Source: Geosiphon pyriformis uo1
Taxonomy: Eukaryota > Fungi > Glomeromycota
DNA: 64,000 nucleotides
NCBI GenBank assembly: GCA_016748015.1
Contig: JAAOMT010000302.1
Span: forward strand, 484,459 to 548,458
Reading direction: 5' to 3'
Below are positions 62,028-64,000 of this stretch, piece by piece; within the stretch, counting starts at the first letter, position 1, and each line of letters starts with the position of its first letter. A model generated the notes under the pieces. The model was given only the letters and a program-made list of their open reading frames with translations. It was not told the DNA's origin and did no database searches. A program made the translations under genes and the position numbers.

Positions 62028-63399
62028 TTATCTTCTGATTTCGACTGTGCAGTAAAGCCCATTAAAGTAGATTTTGAATTTTGAATTCCCTTCAAAACGT
62101 GACCAAAGGAGCGAAAAGCGGCAATGCGTTGAAGACATCCAACGTAAGTAACGAGTTTCTGACATGCGAAGTTTTCTTAAATAATCGGTATGAAAGCTCT
62201 TCCAGCTTTTGATTTCGCCAATTATTCTCAAATTATGAAAAATGTATTCCATTATTTGCTTCCTTTTATTCTCATCGGTTAGTTTTCGAGCTTTAGCATA
62301 TGACTTGAGTAGATTTTTCATGAGTCTGTTGAATTCCATCTCTATATAGCCCTCTTGACAACACTCATCTAGTATATCTAGGATTGTAAAGAATTTGGGT
62401 AATTGCGCAGGTTTCTCAACATCTGAAGCCATAATGAAGAGTAATACATATTCCTCAATAGTTTGCCCAATTCCATAAATGTTGAAAATTATACTATAAT
62501 GGTCTTGAACGCAAATATCACCTTTCCCTTCAGGAAGGGGATGTTGAGGGCGAGTGTGGTCATGTTGAGATTGTTCATAATGAAAAGAAAGATTACTTTC
62601 TTTCAAATCAAGATATGGTCTATTTTCGGACTCATCATCAATGATTTTTTTTACCGGAATATTATTGGATTGAGCAGATTTTTGAAATGAGTTATTATCA
62701 TTAAAAGGAGTGAGAAATTGAGGGAAATCGAGGTTATCTCCTTGCTTATTGTGATCACAATCGTCAAGTTCCGATTTCAGGATGGACTTTGAGGTTTTCT
62801 TTCGCTTTTTCGGACCACATCCAAGCCAACGAAATGTAGAAATACGTTGAACACATATCCAACGTAAATATCGGGTTTCTGACATGGGAAGTTTTTTCAA
62901 AAAATAAGGATGAAAAATTTCCCAGCTTTCAATTTCCCCAGACTTTCAAATTCTAAAAAATATAATCCATTGTTTGGTTCCTTCTATTCTCGTCATTTAA
63001 GTTTCGAGCGTTAGCATATGATTTGAGTAGAGTTTGCATAATTTTGTTGGATTCATTCTCAATATAGTCCTCTTCACAAGACTCATTTAGCATTTCTTGG
63101 ATTTTTTTTGAATTTGCACCATTGCATAGGTGGCTCAAGGTCTGCAACCATGATGAAGAGCAATACATATTCATCTATATTTTGAGCGATTCTATAAGTG
63201 TTATAGATCATTCTATAATGTCCATAAAAATCAGGGTGGGGTTTATAATCACAATTATGATTTTGCTGAGATTGGTCAAGATATCCAATGGCTATAAGAC
63301 TGTGCTTTATATTGAAACGATTTGTTGCTTAAACGGTCTTGATTAATCTTTGTGGGGACTAATTTGCCACTTTTCCATTCTGTAGAATTCTGGGACATT
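62028..63399 (-). pseudogene. Hypothetical protein with two tandem copies of an unknown ~125-aa domain; frameshifted
   Basis: EYVLLFIM..D.E.P.Q, LLKSYA.AR.L.DEN.R.Q.M.YIF and KL.MSETRYLRW each occur twice. Confidence 0.65.
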
Positions 63400-64000
63400 T
63401 TGACGAAAATATTCAAAAAATTAAATTCGAAATTCGAAATTCTTCGGTTTTAAAAGTGCAAATCACTTTATTAAAAGCGATAACGGCGTTTATAATCAAA
63501 GCAACAGGTAATTTCTAGAACAGGCTACTTGTGTTCCCAGTTTAAATAAAGTTTGATTCCCAGATTCCCACATCCATCTTTGACATAAGAAATAAGAAAT
63601 TCTTAATTTTTATAAATAATAACCTAAATTCGTCACTTTTGCTTAACTTTTCCAATCATAACAATTAAAAACGGTACAACTTTTTAAGTGAAATCTCTAT
63701 TTGATAATGACATTACCAGATACGCGTGTAGTTGTTGCTCTTGGTAAGATGTTAAAATGAATTTTATGTATATTTTATCATATCTGAAATTAGTTTCTTG
63801 CATTTAAGATTTTGGCGTTACTTTTAGCACCTTCGCTTTTGCAAACAGAGTGAATCCCGAAATTGAAACAAACAGTCAGTGGTATGGAAAAAATTTTAGC
63901 TATGATTTTTGCATGGTAAACTCGTCTAACTTGAGGTACTATCATTGCTAAAGGCCCAATCGAAATGGACATTTCAAGGTTCCAACTGTACTTCAATATG

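Noticed and set aside
63790-63996. ORF at the window edge
   Set aside because: Partial, with no recognisable motif.

Overview
Eukaryotic fungal DNA. The gene families and repeat style suggest a Glomeromycotina fungus, possibly Geosiphon-like (inference only). Positions 1 to ~41.4 kb are almost entirely CpG-depleted, C->T/G->A-hypermutated retroelements. These include a minus-strand Ty3/Gypsy element (gag, PR, Cys-rich insert, dUTPase, RT, RNase H, IN, plus an uncalled ORF3 in the env position) joined to a truncated sister copy, giving three LTRs. There are also three plus-strand APE-RT-RNase H LINEs, ORF1-only 'half-LINE' partners and very AT-rich relics. LINEs and ORF1-only elements share a predicted 3'-terminal RNA fold: three hairpins plus pairing of loop 1 (CGAGT) with the ACTCG just before the A-tail. 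The right part holds VPS74/GOLPH3, a decayed IS607-type TnpA + Fanzor2/TnpB element (overlapping frames, one probable intron), a kinase remnant, a MATA-type HMG-box gene, an atypical tRNA-like gene, a tetraspanin-like gene and lineage-specific pseudogenes. All alignments and folds were done by eye, and boundaries of decayed features are approximate.
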